NCBI GenBank assembly: GCA_038523235.1
Contig: JBCBJQ010000008.1
Location: 1 to 64,000 of the forward strand
Length of the DNA: 64,000 nucleotides
From: Cyanobacteria bacterium J06626_4
GTDB lineage: Bacteria > Cyanobacteriota > Cyanobacteriia > Phormidesmidales > Phormidesmidaceae
Direction of reading: 5' to 3'
Positions 48,721-58,325 of the stretch are shown piece by piece; positions within the stretch are counted from its first letter, which is position 1, and each line of letters starts with the position of its first letter. The position numbers and the translations under genes were made by a program. The notes below the pieces were generated by a model, which worked only from the letters and a program-made list of their open reading frames with translations, was not told the DNA's origin and searched no databases.

Positions 48721-51447
48721 TCAGAACGTGTAGGAGAAAGACGCTTTAACCGTCAGTGGATCGCCTCGACTGATGCCGTTTCTAACACCAGAAGTGCGAA
48801 CGTAGTCAACATCGAATATGTTGTCAATATTGAGTTGTGCCTGCCAATCACTTTGTTGGTAAAAGATAGCTGCATTGGCGAGAAAATAGCTGTCGATCTG
48901 ATAGCTATTTTCTAAATCGCCCTGCTGCTCTCCAACAAAGTTAAACCCTAAACCAAAGCCAAGTCCCTGCAAGTCTCCGGACTGGATTTCGTAAGTTGTC
49001 CACAAGCTAGCACTATGTTCGGGAGCACCAAACAGCCTGTTTCCAACAATATCAGTATTGTTATCTTCAGTTACTTCCGCATCAATGTAAGCATAGGAAG
49101 CGACAACATTCCACCCTGGCAAGATTTCACCAGTCAAGTTGAAATCAACTCCTCGACTCCGCTGTTCTCCAGTGGCGACTGAGGAAAAAGGGTTATTTGG
49201 GTCAGGATCAGGGGTTGCTACATTTTGTTTGGTGATATCGAAGTAGGCGAGTGTCGCTGCGAGGCGATTTTCGATAATCTCACCTCTAATGCCCACCTCA
49301 AATCCTTCGCCCTCTTCAGAGTCTAGAAAATTTCCATCGGCATCAATCTCTGAATTCGGCACAAATGATCGGGAATAGTTGGCGTACAGAGAAATTGGTT
49401 CAATCGGTTGATAGACCACGCCGATTCTAGGAACAAAAGCATCATCATATTGCTCTGTTACGGCATCAGTAAAACGGTCAGTTGTTTCTTGATTGACAGT
49501 GTTGTAACGCAGCCCAGCAACAATGATTAAGTTATCCAGAATATCAATTTGATCCTGTAGGTAAATTCCCAGCTGTTCTGTCTCAATCGGATTATTGAGA
49601 AAATCAAAGGGGGGAAGGCTGTCCTTGGTTGGAAAGGATGAAGGATCGGGGTAGTTTGGATCAAATATGTTGATTAGAGAGGTAGCGCCAGGATCAAATC
49701 CTGATGAACTCTCTTGATTCCAACGAGTCAAATCAATCCCGGCCAACAGCGTATGTTCTATAGAGCCTGTACTGAATTTGCCCTCGATGTTGGTGTAAAG
49801 CGAGTACGTATCGACTTCAGTGTCTTGAAACGTAAATGCGCGGGTCAGAATTCCCGTAGATTCGTCTATAAAAAGCCCAATTGGAAACACGTCAGTCTCA
49901 TAGTTGCTAGAGGTAAAGCGAAACTGATTGCGTAGTTGCCAGTTTTCGCTAAAACGATGCTCTAGAGCATACCCAATGTTCAGATAATCTTGCTCAACGG
50001 TATCGTCAGGGTTGTTGAGTACTAGATCCAAAGGAATCGGTTCGATGCCATCTCCAAACGGAATCAGGCCAGCATCAAGAGGCTCCTTATCTTCGATATA
50101 CTCCAGGTTGACGATCAAATCGGTCTGATCGCTAATCAGCCAGGTCAACGTTGGGCCGATAAAGAAGCGCTCAAGATTGTTGTCAAAATCGCGAAAACTA
50201 TCTTCTTGTCGATATAGCGCATTTAAGCGATAGAGAACACTACCATCGGCGGTTAGGGGGCCTGACAAATCAATACTGGGATTGACAAATCCGCCATTAC
50301 CCACTTGAAATTGAAGGTCGTAATAAGGTTCTGGTAGGGGCTGCTTAGTCACCAAGTTAATTACACCGCCTGGTTCTGCCTGCCCATATAAAACAGATGC
50401 AGGTCCTCTCAGCACCTCCACACGCTCTAGGTTTGCGACTTCTGGCTCAGCGGCATCGCCAATAAAATTAGGAAGGAGAAAGCCATCTCGCAAGATGGGA
50501 ACGTTGTCAAAGCCACGAATACTAAATCCGAGACCACGACCAGCATTGTTGCCTAAAAACGTTACTCCAGCAGCGTTTTCGAGTACATCTTCTAATCCAA
50601 TTGCCTGTTGGTCTTCAATCACCTGACGCGGAATTACCTGTATCGATTGAGGCACATCGCGCAGGGGGGTATCCGTGCGGGTAGCAGTGCTAGCGTCGGG
50701 CACAAAATAATCATCGTCATCCGCTTCCCCCGTCACCACGACCTGAATCGCTTCCTCATCCGGGGCCTGAACGGTAGGATCGCCAGGCACACCGCTGATC
50801 GTGAGGCCGGCGGGAGCAACATTGAGATTAACAGTGGGCGGGGCATCGGTGCCGGTAATGGCAATCCGTACTTGGTTATCCGGCAGGTTGGTGACGTTGA
50901 TTAGCGAGATGCCCTCGGCGGGATTGCTGGCAAAGAATTCTTCGCTGTCTGGCAGTTGCAAAACGGCATTGGGGATGTCAGCGATCGCCGCATTTCCGGT
51001 TATCGAAGTTGCTGGCGCAGCCAATTCACCACTTGCCTCTAACTGCAGGCTAAACCCATCGGCGGTTTCTGTAATTTGCACATTGGTAATCGCGACTGGC
51101 TGGGTTTGAGCGATCGGGTCGGGCGATACTGGCGTGTTCTCTGGTTCAGCTTCGGCTGCTGTCAGGGGTGTGGGGTCCGCTGAGGAATCCATCACCGCTG
51201 CGACCTCTGCTGATGGGAGTTCTGCCAAGGGGACAACCACCGCTATGGGTGAGACTTCAGCATCTGACAAGACTGATGCGGTTTCTGGTTCAGTCAGTAG
51301 TGCTGTCGCTGAAGTGGAGTCAATCATCGCTGGATCGCCCTCAGGTAGAGGCATTAGCGTTTCTGCTAGGGCGGGTTCCATTGCTAGGGCCGCAATCGCC
51401 CCGACGCCAATCGTCCAAGCCGTGCCATACGCTAGTTTGGTCATCAT
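48721..51447 (-). CDS. TonB-dependent siderophore receptor with AMIN domain
   Basis: AMIN domain, IQVVVTG TonB box, plug ERVEVLRGPASVLYG, C-terminal YTF. Confidence 0.95.
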   Translation of the reverse strand: MMTKLAYGTAWTIGVGAIAALAMEPALAETLMPLPEGDPAMIDSTSATALLTEPETASVLSDAEVSPIAVVVPLAELPSAEVAAVMDSSADPTPLTAAEAEPENTPVSPDPIAQTQPVAITNVQITETADGFSLQLEASGELAAPATSITGNAAIADIPNAVLQLPDSEEFFASNPAEGISLINVTNLPDNQVRIAITGTDAPPTVNLNVAPAGLTISGVPGDPTVQAPDEEAIQVVVTGEADDDDYFVPDASTATRTDTPLRDVPQSIQVIPRQVIEDQQAIGLEDVLENAAGVTFLGNNAGRGLGFSIRGFDNVPILRDGFLLPNFIGDAAEPEVANLERVEVLRGPASVLYGQAEPGGVINLVTKQPLPEPYYDLQFQVGNGGFVNPSIDLSGPLTADGSVLYRLNALYRQEDSFRDFDNNLERFFIGPTLTWLISDQTDLIVNLEYIEDKEPLDAGLIPFGDGIEPIPLDLVLNNPDDTVEQDYLNIGYALEHRFSENWQLRNQFRFTSSNYETDVFPIGLFIDESTGILTRAFTFQDTEVDTYSLYTNIEGKFSTGSIEHTLLAGIDLTRWNQESSSGFDPGATSLINIFDPNYPDPSSFPTKDSLPPFDFLNNPIETEQLGIYLQDQIDILDNLIIVAGLRYNTVNQETTDRFTDAVTEQYDDAFVPRIGVVYQPIEPISLYANYSRSFVPNSEIDADGNFLDSEEGEGFEVGIRGEIIENRLAATLAYFDITKQNVATPDPDPNNPFSSVATGEQRSRGVDFNLTGEILPGWNVVASYAYIDAEVTEDNNTDIVGNRLFGAPEHSASLWTTYEIQSGDLQGLGFGLGFNFVGEQQGDLENSYQIDSYFLANAAIFYQQSDWQAQLNIDNIFDVDYVRTSGVRNGISRGDPLTVKASFSYTF

Positions 51448-51522
51448 GCTCCGTTCACCACACTAATGCCAGCCATTCTTAATTGGCTTGGTGACAGCAT
51501 GTTAGGGGGAATAAGCGATGAC

Positions 51523-51561
51523 TTTCTTTGCCAAACGGACTTTTTTCTTTGGCAAACGGAC
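51523..51561 (-). promoter_or_regulatory. Putative AraC-type direct-repeat box upstream of TonB receptor
   Basis: TTTCTTTGCCAAACGGAC / TTTCTTTGGCAAACGGAC with 21-nt period, between the AraC stop and the receptor start. Confidence 0.65.
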
Positions 51562-51562
51562 C

Positions 51563-52615
51563 TTAACGATGTCTACCCAATTGATAGGCTTTGGGGCTGA
51601 CCGCAAATTTTCGTCGAAAGGCTGTGCTGAAGGCTTCTGGGTTGGTGTAGCCGACTTTCAACGCGACTTGGGCGATCGTGAAATCGGCATTTTTCAACAG
51701 TAGTTGGGCCTGTTCTAGTCGGTAGCTTTGCAGGTAGCCAAAGACCGTGGTGCCAAATAGTTGACGAAAGCCTTGCTTGAGTTTGCGATCGTTCAACCCC
51801 ACCTGACGCGCTAATTCGGTCAGTGACGGCGGCTGATCGGCTTGCTGCTGCAGAATGTCTCTCGCCTGATAAAGCTGCTCAATGTCAGGAGATTTGAGGG
51901 CGATCGCTGGCCGTTGGGAATGCTGTTCTGCCCAGGTGGCAAACTGGAGGGTCAACAGTTCTAAAGCCTTACTCTCCAAATAGAGCTGCTGCATGATACC
52001 GGCATAAGGGCAGTGAGTAATCTGCCGGAGTATCTGCCCAATTTCAGAGGTGATGCGGCCCAGGGGTTGATGAAATCGGTGCGGCGTCTCTGTGTGAAGC
52101 AGCGATTGTAGGGAGGTGATCGGCGCTGTGCTACCCATTTCAAAGGTGCGGAAGTAGTTCGGCTCTACACAGACGTAGACCACATGATGCGATTCATCTG
52201 CGGGCCACTCTTCGACCTCCGTCAAATTAGGCAAGTAATAAAGATAGTGACACCCCTTTTGCTCCTCATAGGTACTTTTGACGTTGGCCACGTTGGGCGT
52301 ATCGACTCGTGACGAACCGGATAGATAGAACTTAGCCACCAGCGGCGATTTGGCGTCATGTTCGGAAACATAGCGCAGGGGACGTCTTAGGTGGCCTTGG
52401 CGAATGACGAGAGAAAGACCGCCTCGCAAATTGATGTGGTGCTCGCCCCCTGTTCCTAAACGCTGCGGCAAAAAGGTTTGAGTACCGCCCGCAGTCATCT
52501 GACAGAGTTGCTCGCCGCACTGCTGAGCCTGCTGGCAGATTGCCTGCCAGTCCGTAGTCGACAGGGTCGGTGGGCGAGTGGATCGGGGAGGGGATGGCCA
52601 GGAACTCGACTGCAT
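51563..52615 (-). CDS. AraC family regulator (PchR-like)
   Basis: LYLESKALELL, PPSLTELARQVGLNDRKLKQGFRQLFGTTVFGY, AFRRKFAVSP. Confidence 0.93.
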   Translation of the reverse strand: MQSSSWPSPPRSTRPPTLSTTDWQAICQQAQQCGEQLCQMTAGGTQTFLPQRLGTGGEHHINLRGGLSLVIRQGHLRRPLRYVSEHDAKSPLVAKFYLSGSSRVDTPNVANVKSTYEEQKGCHYLYYLPNLTEVEEWPADESHHVVYVCVEPNYFRTFEMGSTAPITSLQSLLHTETPHRFHQPLGRITSEIGQILRQITHCPYAGIMQQLYLESKALELLTLQFATWAEQHSQRPAIALKSPDIEQLYQARDILQQQADQPPSLTELARQVGLNDRKLKQGFRQLFGTTVFGYLQSYRLEQAQLLLKNADFTIAQVALKVGYTNPEAFSTAFRRKFAVSPKAYQLGRHR

Positions 52616-52764
52616 GGGGTGAACCACTGCGCTCAAATGAGATTGATTCCTGTTAAACTACCACATTTTTTTGGGAGGCCTTGTCAAGGGGGGCGATCGC
52701 GTTGGCCCTTGGTGGTGATTAATCGAAATGGCGAAGACCGTTGATCTGATGCTCCACTAGAGGT

Positions 52765-53712
52765 TCAATCAGCCTGGTTAAGGCAAGCTTCGACATCGGC
52801 CAAAATCTGATTAGCCGCCAGAATACTGCGCCCCCCAGCCCAGTTGGCGCTGCTGACCTCACACACGATGCCCTGCTGCACCGCATTTAACTGCGACCAC
52901 AGCGGGTCACTGACAAATGCAGCTTTACCCACACTGTCTTCTGACCCAGAGTTGTAGAGCAAAAATATGACATCGCCGTCTATTTGAGTCAAATCCTCCC
53001 GCGATAGCTGAATCCCATAGTGTTTTCCTTCACCCTGAGCCGGATTGCGCGCCAAACCCACGTCCTTCAATACCGACCCGGGAAAGCTGTCGACACTGTA
53101 GGCCACGATGCCCCCGCTCCAATGGGCAATAACTGAGACCGCGATCGCTTCTGGTGCTTGGGGTAATGCCGCCTGTACGGCTTCAACACGCTGTTGATAA
53201 TCCGCTAAAAGCTGCTCGGCCTGTTCCGGTTTTCCTAACGCTTCCGCATAAAGCTGAAAATTGTCTTGCCACTCGCCCTCACGACCATTGTCTGGAGTCA
53301 GAACTGTCGGGGCAATTTGCGCCAATTTTGAGTAGATCTGGCCAGAGCTACGCCTGTTACCCAGAATCAGATCTGGCTGTAATTGCAAAATGGTCTCTAA
53401 GTCGGGCTGACGTCCGGTTCCCACTATCGGCATGGTCTCGACGGATGATGGATAGAGGCTGGAAGGCAGGATTGTCATACGGCCAATCGGCTCAACTTCC
53501 AAAGCTAAAGCACTATCCAGAGGGGCATAGTCGAGCACGACGACGCGCTCGGGTGCCATGGGCACGGCAGTCGTGCCCATGGCATGCTCAACGGATCGCG
53601 TAGGCACGGTATTGTCGGTCTCTGGCGGCACTGACTGACGCTGCTGGCAACTCGTGAGCAGCGTCAATAGGGCCAAACCAACCAGACCCGGACAAAGTAT
53701 CCTGGAGGTCAT
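52765..53712 (-). CDS. Iron-siderophore ABC substrate-binding lipoprotein
   Basis: LTSC lipobox, HAMGTT, PERVVVLD, PDLILG, PLWSQLNAVQQG. Confidence 0.92.
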   Translation of the reverse strand: MTSRILCPGLVGLALLTLLTSCQQRQSVPPETDNTVPTRSVEHAMGTTAVPMAPERVVVLDYAPLDSALALEVEPIGRMTILPSSLYPSSVETMPIVGTGRQPDLETILQLQPDLILGNRRSSGQIYSKLAQIAPTVLTPDNGREGEWQDNFQLYAEALGKPEQAEQLLADYQQRVEAVQAALPQAPEAIAVSVIAHWSGGIVAYSVDSFPGSVLKDVGLARNPAQGEGKHYGIQLSREDLTQIDGDVIFLLYNSGSEDSVGKAAFVSDPLWSQLNAVQQGIVCEVSSANWAGGRSILAANQILADVEACLNQAD

Positions 53713-53717
53713 CTTAA

Positions 53718-56399
53718 TCAGAAGGTGATTGAGTAGCGTAAGCTGACCGTGGTGCCTGGTGCGGCAAAGCGCCGTTCTTCAAAGCCGCCAACACGCTCTT
53801 GCGAGGTGAGGGGCAGATAGTCGGTATTGAGCAGATTTTCAACGCCCAAGGTCAAACGTCCTTGCCCCAACTGTAGGCTGCTAATGAAATCCAGCGTGAC
53901 ATAGCTATCGATGTCAAAGGCATCGACCCCATCATCGAACGCGCTATCGCGATCGCCCACTAGCAACATCTGCAGGCGATTGCTCCAGGTTGGCGTGGTG
54001 TCATTTTCCACATAGAGCCCGATCTGGTAAGGCGGCACATTGAGGGAGCCCAGCGCCTCAAACTCCCCATCATCATCGTTGTCACTTTCCCCCTCGCTCC
54101 AACTAAAGTAACCACCCAGCCGCCAGACATCACTCGGCTGCCAGTCAACAGCGGCTTCTAAGCCATAGTTACGCTGCGGTGCTCGCAACAGTTGTGAGGT
54201 TCCAGTCTCTTCATTGAACCGGATAAAACTACCCAGTTCGGACTCATTGTAAAACCCGGATACGCTGGCTTGCACTTGGCCAAATTCTGCTCGTGCCCCA
54301 ATCTCAAAACTATCTACCGTTTGCGGTTCCAGCAGCAAATCGTCTTCCAGGCTAAACGTGGTCGTTGCCCCCGAAAAGACTGAGCCCAGATTAGGAATCG
54401 AAAAACCTTGAGAAAAGTTGGCGAATAAGCCGACCTCTGGAATCGGTCGATACAGTAGACCAGCATTAAAAGAGACCCCATCGGTACCACCACTGCCGCC
54501 CTCTCGCTCGCGGGGAAATCGAAACGCCAGAGCGTAATCATCGACGGAAAAATTAAAATCGTCGTAGCGTAATCCGCCGCTGATTTGCCACTGCTCCGTG
54601 ATATCCCATCGCGTCTGGGCAAACAGTCCTAAGTTTTCCAACTCATAGGGGGGAAACAAGGAAAATTCATCAATGATATTCACTTCTCGGTTCGCATCCA
54701 GTGCGTTGGGGTCAGCGAACAAAACGGCAACCTCATTATCTTCTTGGGAATAATCGATTCCCCAGAGCACGCTGGCGGAGTTGCCAATGGGGGTATCTAT
54801 CTGTAAACGCGCCCCTAGTTCCGAAATGTCGCTAACTTGTTGAGAGATGTCTGGGAAAAAGTCGGCAGCATTTCTGAGGCGAAAATCGCGGAATGCGCCT
54901 GCAGATTCTTCATCGCTATAGTAAATCTGGGCATCAACTTGCGACCCGAACACATCAGTGTTGCGGTAGGTGAGATTAATGAACTGATTCGTACTTTGAG
55001 GCTCACGTTCGTAATCAAAACTACCGACTCTGATGGCTCTGGCGACTTGGGTACCCGGAATCTGAAAGATCGAGAGATCGGTGGCGAACTCGGTATTCGG
55101 ATCGCTTCGATAATAGCTGTAGGTCAGCTCTAACCGCTGCTGCTCATCGATGTCATAGCCCACTTTAGCTAGCAAGCCCAACTCATCATTTTCACCAGCA
55201 CTCGTCGGCGGAATGCGATCGCCATCCGCATCAAAGCGAGCATTGTCAACATCATAGGTAAACGAAAACCGACCATCGACTGGGCCGTCTGCAGCGGCAG
55301 CACCAACCCGAAAGTTGTAGCTAAAACTATCGCCTTCGATGGCGGTAACGCCAACGCGGGTCCCCACACTCAGGTCATAGATTGCCCCTTCCTCAACGGG
55401 GACGCGGGTAATGATATTGATAATCCCACCCGTAGCCCCATCGCCAAAAATAGCGTTCGCCCCTGGCACCACCTCAATTCGTTCAATAAATTCAGGGGCA
55501 ATGCCATTCAGCGCTCGTAAGCCACCACTGTTCCCCCCCTGCGGCACCCCGTCAATCAGGATGAGGGCATTACGACCCCGCAGAGTGAATCCGCGAGTTG
55601 TGGCCTGCAAGGGCGGCGGCGATAGGCCCGGGACTAACTTCCCTAAGATATCGGGCAGGTTATTCGTCAATTCTGTCTGCTGCTCAATTTCCTCCCGCTC
55701 GATCACCGTCACCGATCGCGGCAAGTCAATCACTTCCTCCTCTGTGCGAGTGGCGGTGACCACCACTTGAATCGCGTCAGGGTCTGCGGCTTGAGTCCCG
55801 GCGATGCCCGGCACCACAGTAAAGACCACATTGCCCGCATCGACAGTTACCTGAGCTTCGGGGGGCGCATCTGTGCCCGTAATTGCCACCTGCACGTTGC
55901 CATTCGGCAGGCTCGATACCTGCACTAGGGCGATACCCTCAGCCGGGGCAAACTGCTCGGCGGCGGCCTCATCCGTCAGCTCTAGCGTGGCATTAGCGAT
56001 TTCGGTCACCACCGCATTGCCGGATATCTGGGCCGGGCCAGCGGATAAGGGCTGTTCAGAGACTAAAACCAGTCTGAGCCCGTCAGGCGTTTCACTAATC
56101 TGCACATCGGTAATGACGGCGACTTCCCCTTGGACGATGTACTCAGCGGGGGGCAGTTCCGACGGCTGGTCAATCGGCTGGTCACGCAGCGCCGCAGCGC
56201 TACTGCTCTCTTCGCTAAGCAGAGGAGCAGCCTCGGCAACCGTGGGTACGTCATCGGCGATCTCACCCGTTCCCGCTGCTTCTGCATCCTCCAGAGGGGC
56301 CGCCGAGGTGGAAACTTGTGCCGCAGCCGGATAATGGGTTCCAGCCAAAATGAGACTGGCTAACGCACTGTAGCCAACCAGCTTAATCTGAGTTGTCAT
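53718..56399 (-). CDS. TonB-dependent receptor with AMIN domain (IutA-like class)
   Basis: IQVVVTATRTEE, LRGRNALILIDGVP, ERIEVVPG, C-terminal ITF. Confidence 0.93.
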   Translation of the reverse strand: MTTQIKLVGYSALASLILAGTHYPAAAQVSTSAAPLEDAEAAGTGEIADDVPTVAEAAPLLSEESSSAAALRDQPIDQPSELPPAEYIVQGEVAVITDVQISETPDGLRLVLVSEQPLSAGPAQISGNAVVTEIANATLELTDEAAAEQFAPAEGIALVQVSSLPNGNVQVAITGTDAPPEAQVTVDAGNVVFTVVPGIAGTQAADPDAIQVVVTATRTEEEVIDLPRSVTVIEREEIEQQTELTNNLPDILGKLVPGLSPPPLQATTRGFTLRGRNALILIDGVPQGGNSGGLRALNGIAPEFIERIEVVPGANAIFGDGATGGIINIITRVPVEEGAIYDLSVGTRVGVTAIEGDSFSYNFRVGAAAADGPVDGRFSFTYDVDNARFDADGDRIPPTSAGENDELGLLAKVGYDIDEQQRLELTYSYYRSDPNTEFATDLSIFQIPGTQVARAIRVGSFDYEREPQSTNQFINLTYRNTDVFGSQVDAQIYYSDEESAGAFRDFRLRNAADFFPDISQQVSDISELGARLQIDTPIGNSASVLWGIDYSQEDNEVAVLFADPNALDANREVNIIDEFSLFPPYELENLGLFAQTRWDITEQWQISGGLRYDDFNFSVDDYALAFRFPREREGGSGGTDGVSFNAGLLYRPIPEVGLFANFSQGFSIPNLGSVFSGATTTFSLEDDLLLEPQTVDSFEIGARAEFGQVQASVSGFYNESELGSFIRFNEETGTSQLLRAPQRNYGLEAAVDWQPSDVWRLGGYFSWSEGESDNDDDGEFEALGSLNVPPYQIGLYVENDTTPTWSNRLQMLLVGDRDSAFDDGVDAFDIDSYVTLDFISSLQLGQGRLTLGVENLLNTDYLPLTSQERVGGFEERRFAAPGTTVSLRYSITF

Positions 56400-56500
56400 G
56401 ATTCCTCACACCTAAACCTTGCCTACCGCAGCCGGGTTTGCTGACATCGAAGGCAACGAATAGAACGGCTCCGTTGCTCAAGCCCAGTAGCAGGCAAACT

Positions 56501-56527
56501 ATTGATTATTAACAATTGTTCTCAATA
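56501..56527. promoter_or_regulatory. Putative Fur box
   Basis: AT-rich ATTGATTATTAACAATTGTTCTCAATA about 100 nt upstream of the receptor. Confidence 0.55.
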
Positions 56528-56561
56528 CTACGCGGTGTGCTAGCTAGCGTTAAGCGAAAAC

Positions 56562-56592
56562 TGTCTTCGAGCCTGAGAGTTTTGTCTTCGAG
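56562..56592 (-). promoter_or_regulatory. Putative AraC-type direct repeat
   Basis: TGTCTTCGAG twice with 21-nt period. Confidence 0.55.
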
Positions 56593-56628
56593 AGCGATTT
56601 TTATGTTTAAGTCGGCGAATGGTTTGAG

Positions 56629-56960
56629 GGTGTAATACCGCTAAGTCGGCTGAGCGGAGGGGAACGTCGGCTTCGACTCCGCTCAGCCGACGTTCCTTGA
56701 GCAGAGTCGACATTCCTTGAGCAGAGTCGACATTCCTTGAGCAGAGTCGACGTTCCTTGGGCGGAGTCGTTGGTGTAGCCTGCCCACAGGGAATAAGGAA
56801 AGTCTCAGAGCATTGGTGTAATACCGATTCTTCAAAAGGCAACTACAGATCTTCGGCGTTCTCCCAAAGGGAGACGCTAACGCGAACGACTCCGCTCAGC
56901 CGTCGCTCTCTGAGCGGAGTCGAAGAGAGCATGTGTAGCTTAACTTCAGAGCATTGGTGT
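56629..56960. repeat. Composite MITE-like repeats with a 4x20-nt tandem array
   Basis: CGAC(A/G)TTCCTTG(A/G)GC(A/G)GAGT x4 at 56688-56767; TCAGAGCATTGGTGT at 56805 and 56946; GGTGTAATACCG at 56629 and 56815; GACTCCGCTCAG..CTGAGCGGAGTC hairpins. Confidence 0.8.
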
Positions 56961-57049
56961 CAGTCCAAAACGTTGAATCTAAAGCCCAGAATCTGCAGCC
57001 TTGAGCCTTATTTCCTTTCCCTCGATTCCTTGATTTACCCGACTATCGC

Positions 57050-58048
57050 TTAGTTCATTTCCCTGAGGTAGTGACTGGGGGCCACGTTGAATTTCTTCTT
57101 AAAGGCGGCGACAAAAGAGCTGCGGCTGGCGTACCCGACCCGGTAGGCAATTTCTTGGACATTGAGACTGTCGGTTTGCAGCAGTTGGCGCGCTTGCTCC
57201 ATGCGGTGATTATGCAGATAGCCAAAAACGGTCATGTTAAAGACCTGGCGGAACCCCTGACTGAGCTTGTTCTCGTTGAGATGAACTCGTCGCGACAAAT
57301 TAGTGAGTGAGGGGGGAGCGTCCAGATTCTGAATCAAGATATCCCGCGCCTCATAGATGCGATCTAAATCGCGGGGTTTCAGCGCGTTGGGGTGATCCGG
57401 TTGCCCGGTGGTGAACTGGCTGAACTGCAGCGCCAGTAACTCTAGGACTTTGCCCTCAATATACAGTTGTCGGGTTAGTCCGTGATAGGGCCATTCTAAA
57501 ATTTGCTGTAGCACCTGTTGCTGAGCCGGTGTAATCCGGCTGGGTAGGCAAAATAAGGCCCTTTCAGGCTGCTCGATCGCTTGTTTCAGTTCAGTGGGCA
57601 ACTCGTGCAGGCGATCGCTAAAGCCCTGCAGCAATTCGGGTGAGATTTGAATTTGAATCCGACAGATGCGGCACTGGGCTGGATACTTTTCGAACTCAGC
57701 CGTGTTGGGCACACAATACAGATAGCTTTTGCCAGCCACCTCTTCATATGCCGTCTTGAGCCCATCATTACTCACCTGACAACCGCCCGTTAGGTAGTAG
57801 CTCAAAGTGAGTGGCATCGATGGTGGATGCTGCCGAATTTGATATTGATGAATCTGGCGTTTTTGGAAATCCATAATGCTCAGATGCAGCCCTGGGCGCA
57901 GGCAAATCTTGCGTCCATACCCGCGAGCCAGAGACTGGGGGGCTCTCACAAAGGTTTCCGGCCCTTCACGGTATTCCGACAGGTTGCCGTCAGCCCGATA
58001 CGCTTGCAAAATTTCGGCAATTTCTGAACCTGTTAAAACCTTTGCCAT
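57050..58048 (-). CDS. AraC family regulator (PchR-like)
   Basis: LYIEGKVLELL, PPSLTNLSRRV, FVAAFKKKFNVAP. Confidence 0.93.
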   Translation of the reverse strand: MAKVLTGSEIAEILQAYRADGNLSEYREGPETFVRAPQSLARGYGRKICLRPGLHLSIMDFQKRQIHQYQIRQHPPSMPLTLSYYLTGGCQVSNDGLKTAYEEVAGKSYLYCVPNTAEFEKYPAQCRICRIQIQISPELLQGFSDRLHELPTELKQAIEQPERALFCLPSRITPAQQQVLQQILEWPYHGLTRQLYIEGKVLELLALQFSQFTTGQPDHPNALKPRDLDRIYEARDILIQNLDAPPSLTNLSRRVHLNENKLSQGFRQVFNMTVFGYLHNHRMEQARQLLQTDSLNVQEIAYRVGYASRSSFVAAFKKKFNVAPSHYLREMN

Positions 58049-58073
58049 CCAGCCCGTGCCGTAAAGTTCTATA

Positions 58074-58106
58074 GTGAGTATCTCATTATTGGCAATAACT
58101 CTCAAC
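58074..58106. promoter_or_regulatory. Putative Fur box upstream of AraC gene
   Basis: Minus strand reads GTTGAGAGTTATTGCCAATAATGAGATACTCAC. Confidence 0.5.
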
Positions 58107-58162
58107 AAAGTGATTGACCAAGAGCCCGGTGCAGCCTGATGCCGTTCTCCTTCTGGCTTTTG

Positions 58163-58293
58163 CTAGAGGCTGTCATCATTTAGCGGCTGAGTCCTTATGC
58201 TGAAAGCGGTTCAGCCTCTAGCTAGGTTTACGGAGCGGGCGCGATAATGCCCATACCGTAAGGCTTTCGAGTTTAATTGATGACGCGCCCTAG
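58163..58293. mobile_element. CTAG-bounded MITE, homolog of 24120-24251
   Basis: Ends CTAGAGGCTGTCATCATTT / AATTGATGACGCGCCCTAG. Confidence 0.78.
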
Positions 58294-58325
58294 GGGCACT
58301 CTGCCGATCAGGAACACCTGATCAG

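Noticed and set aside
56688..56769. CRISPR array
   Set aside because: Contiguous 20-nt tandem units with no spacers and no cas genes.
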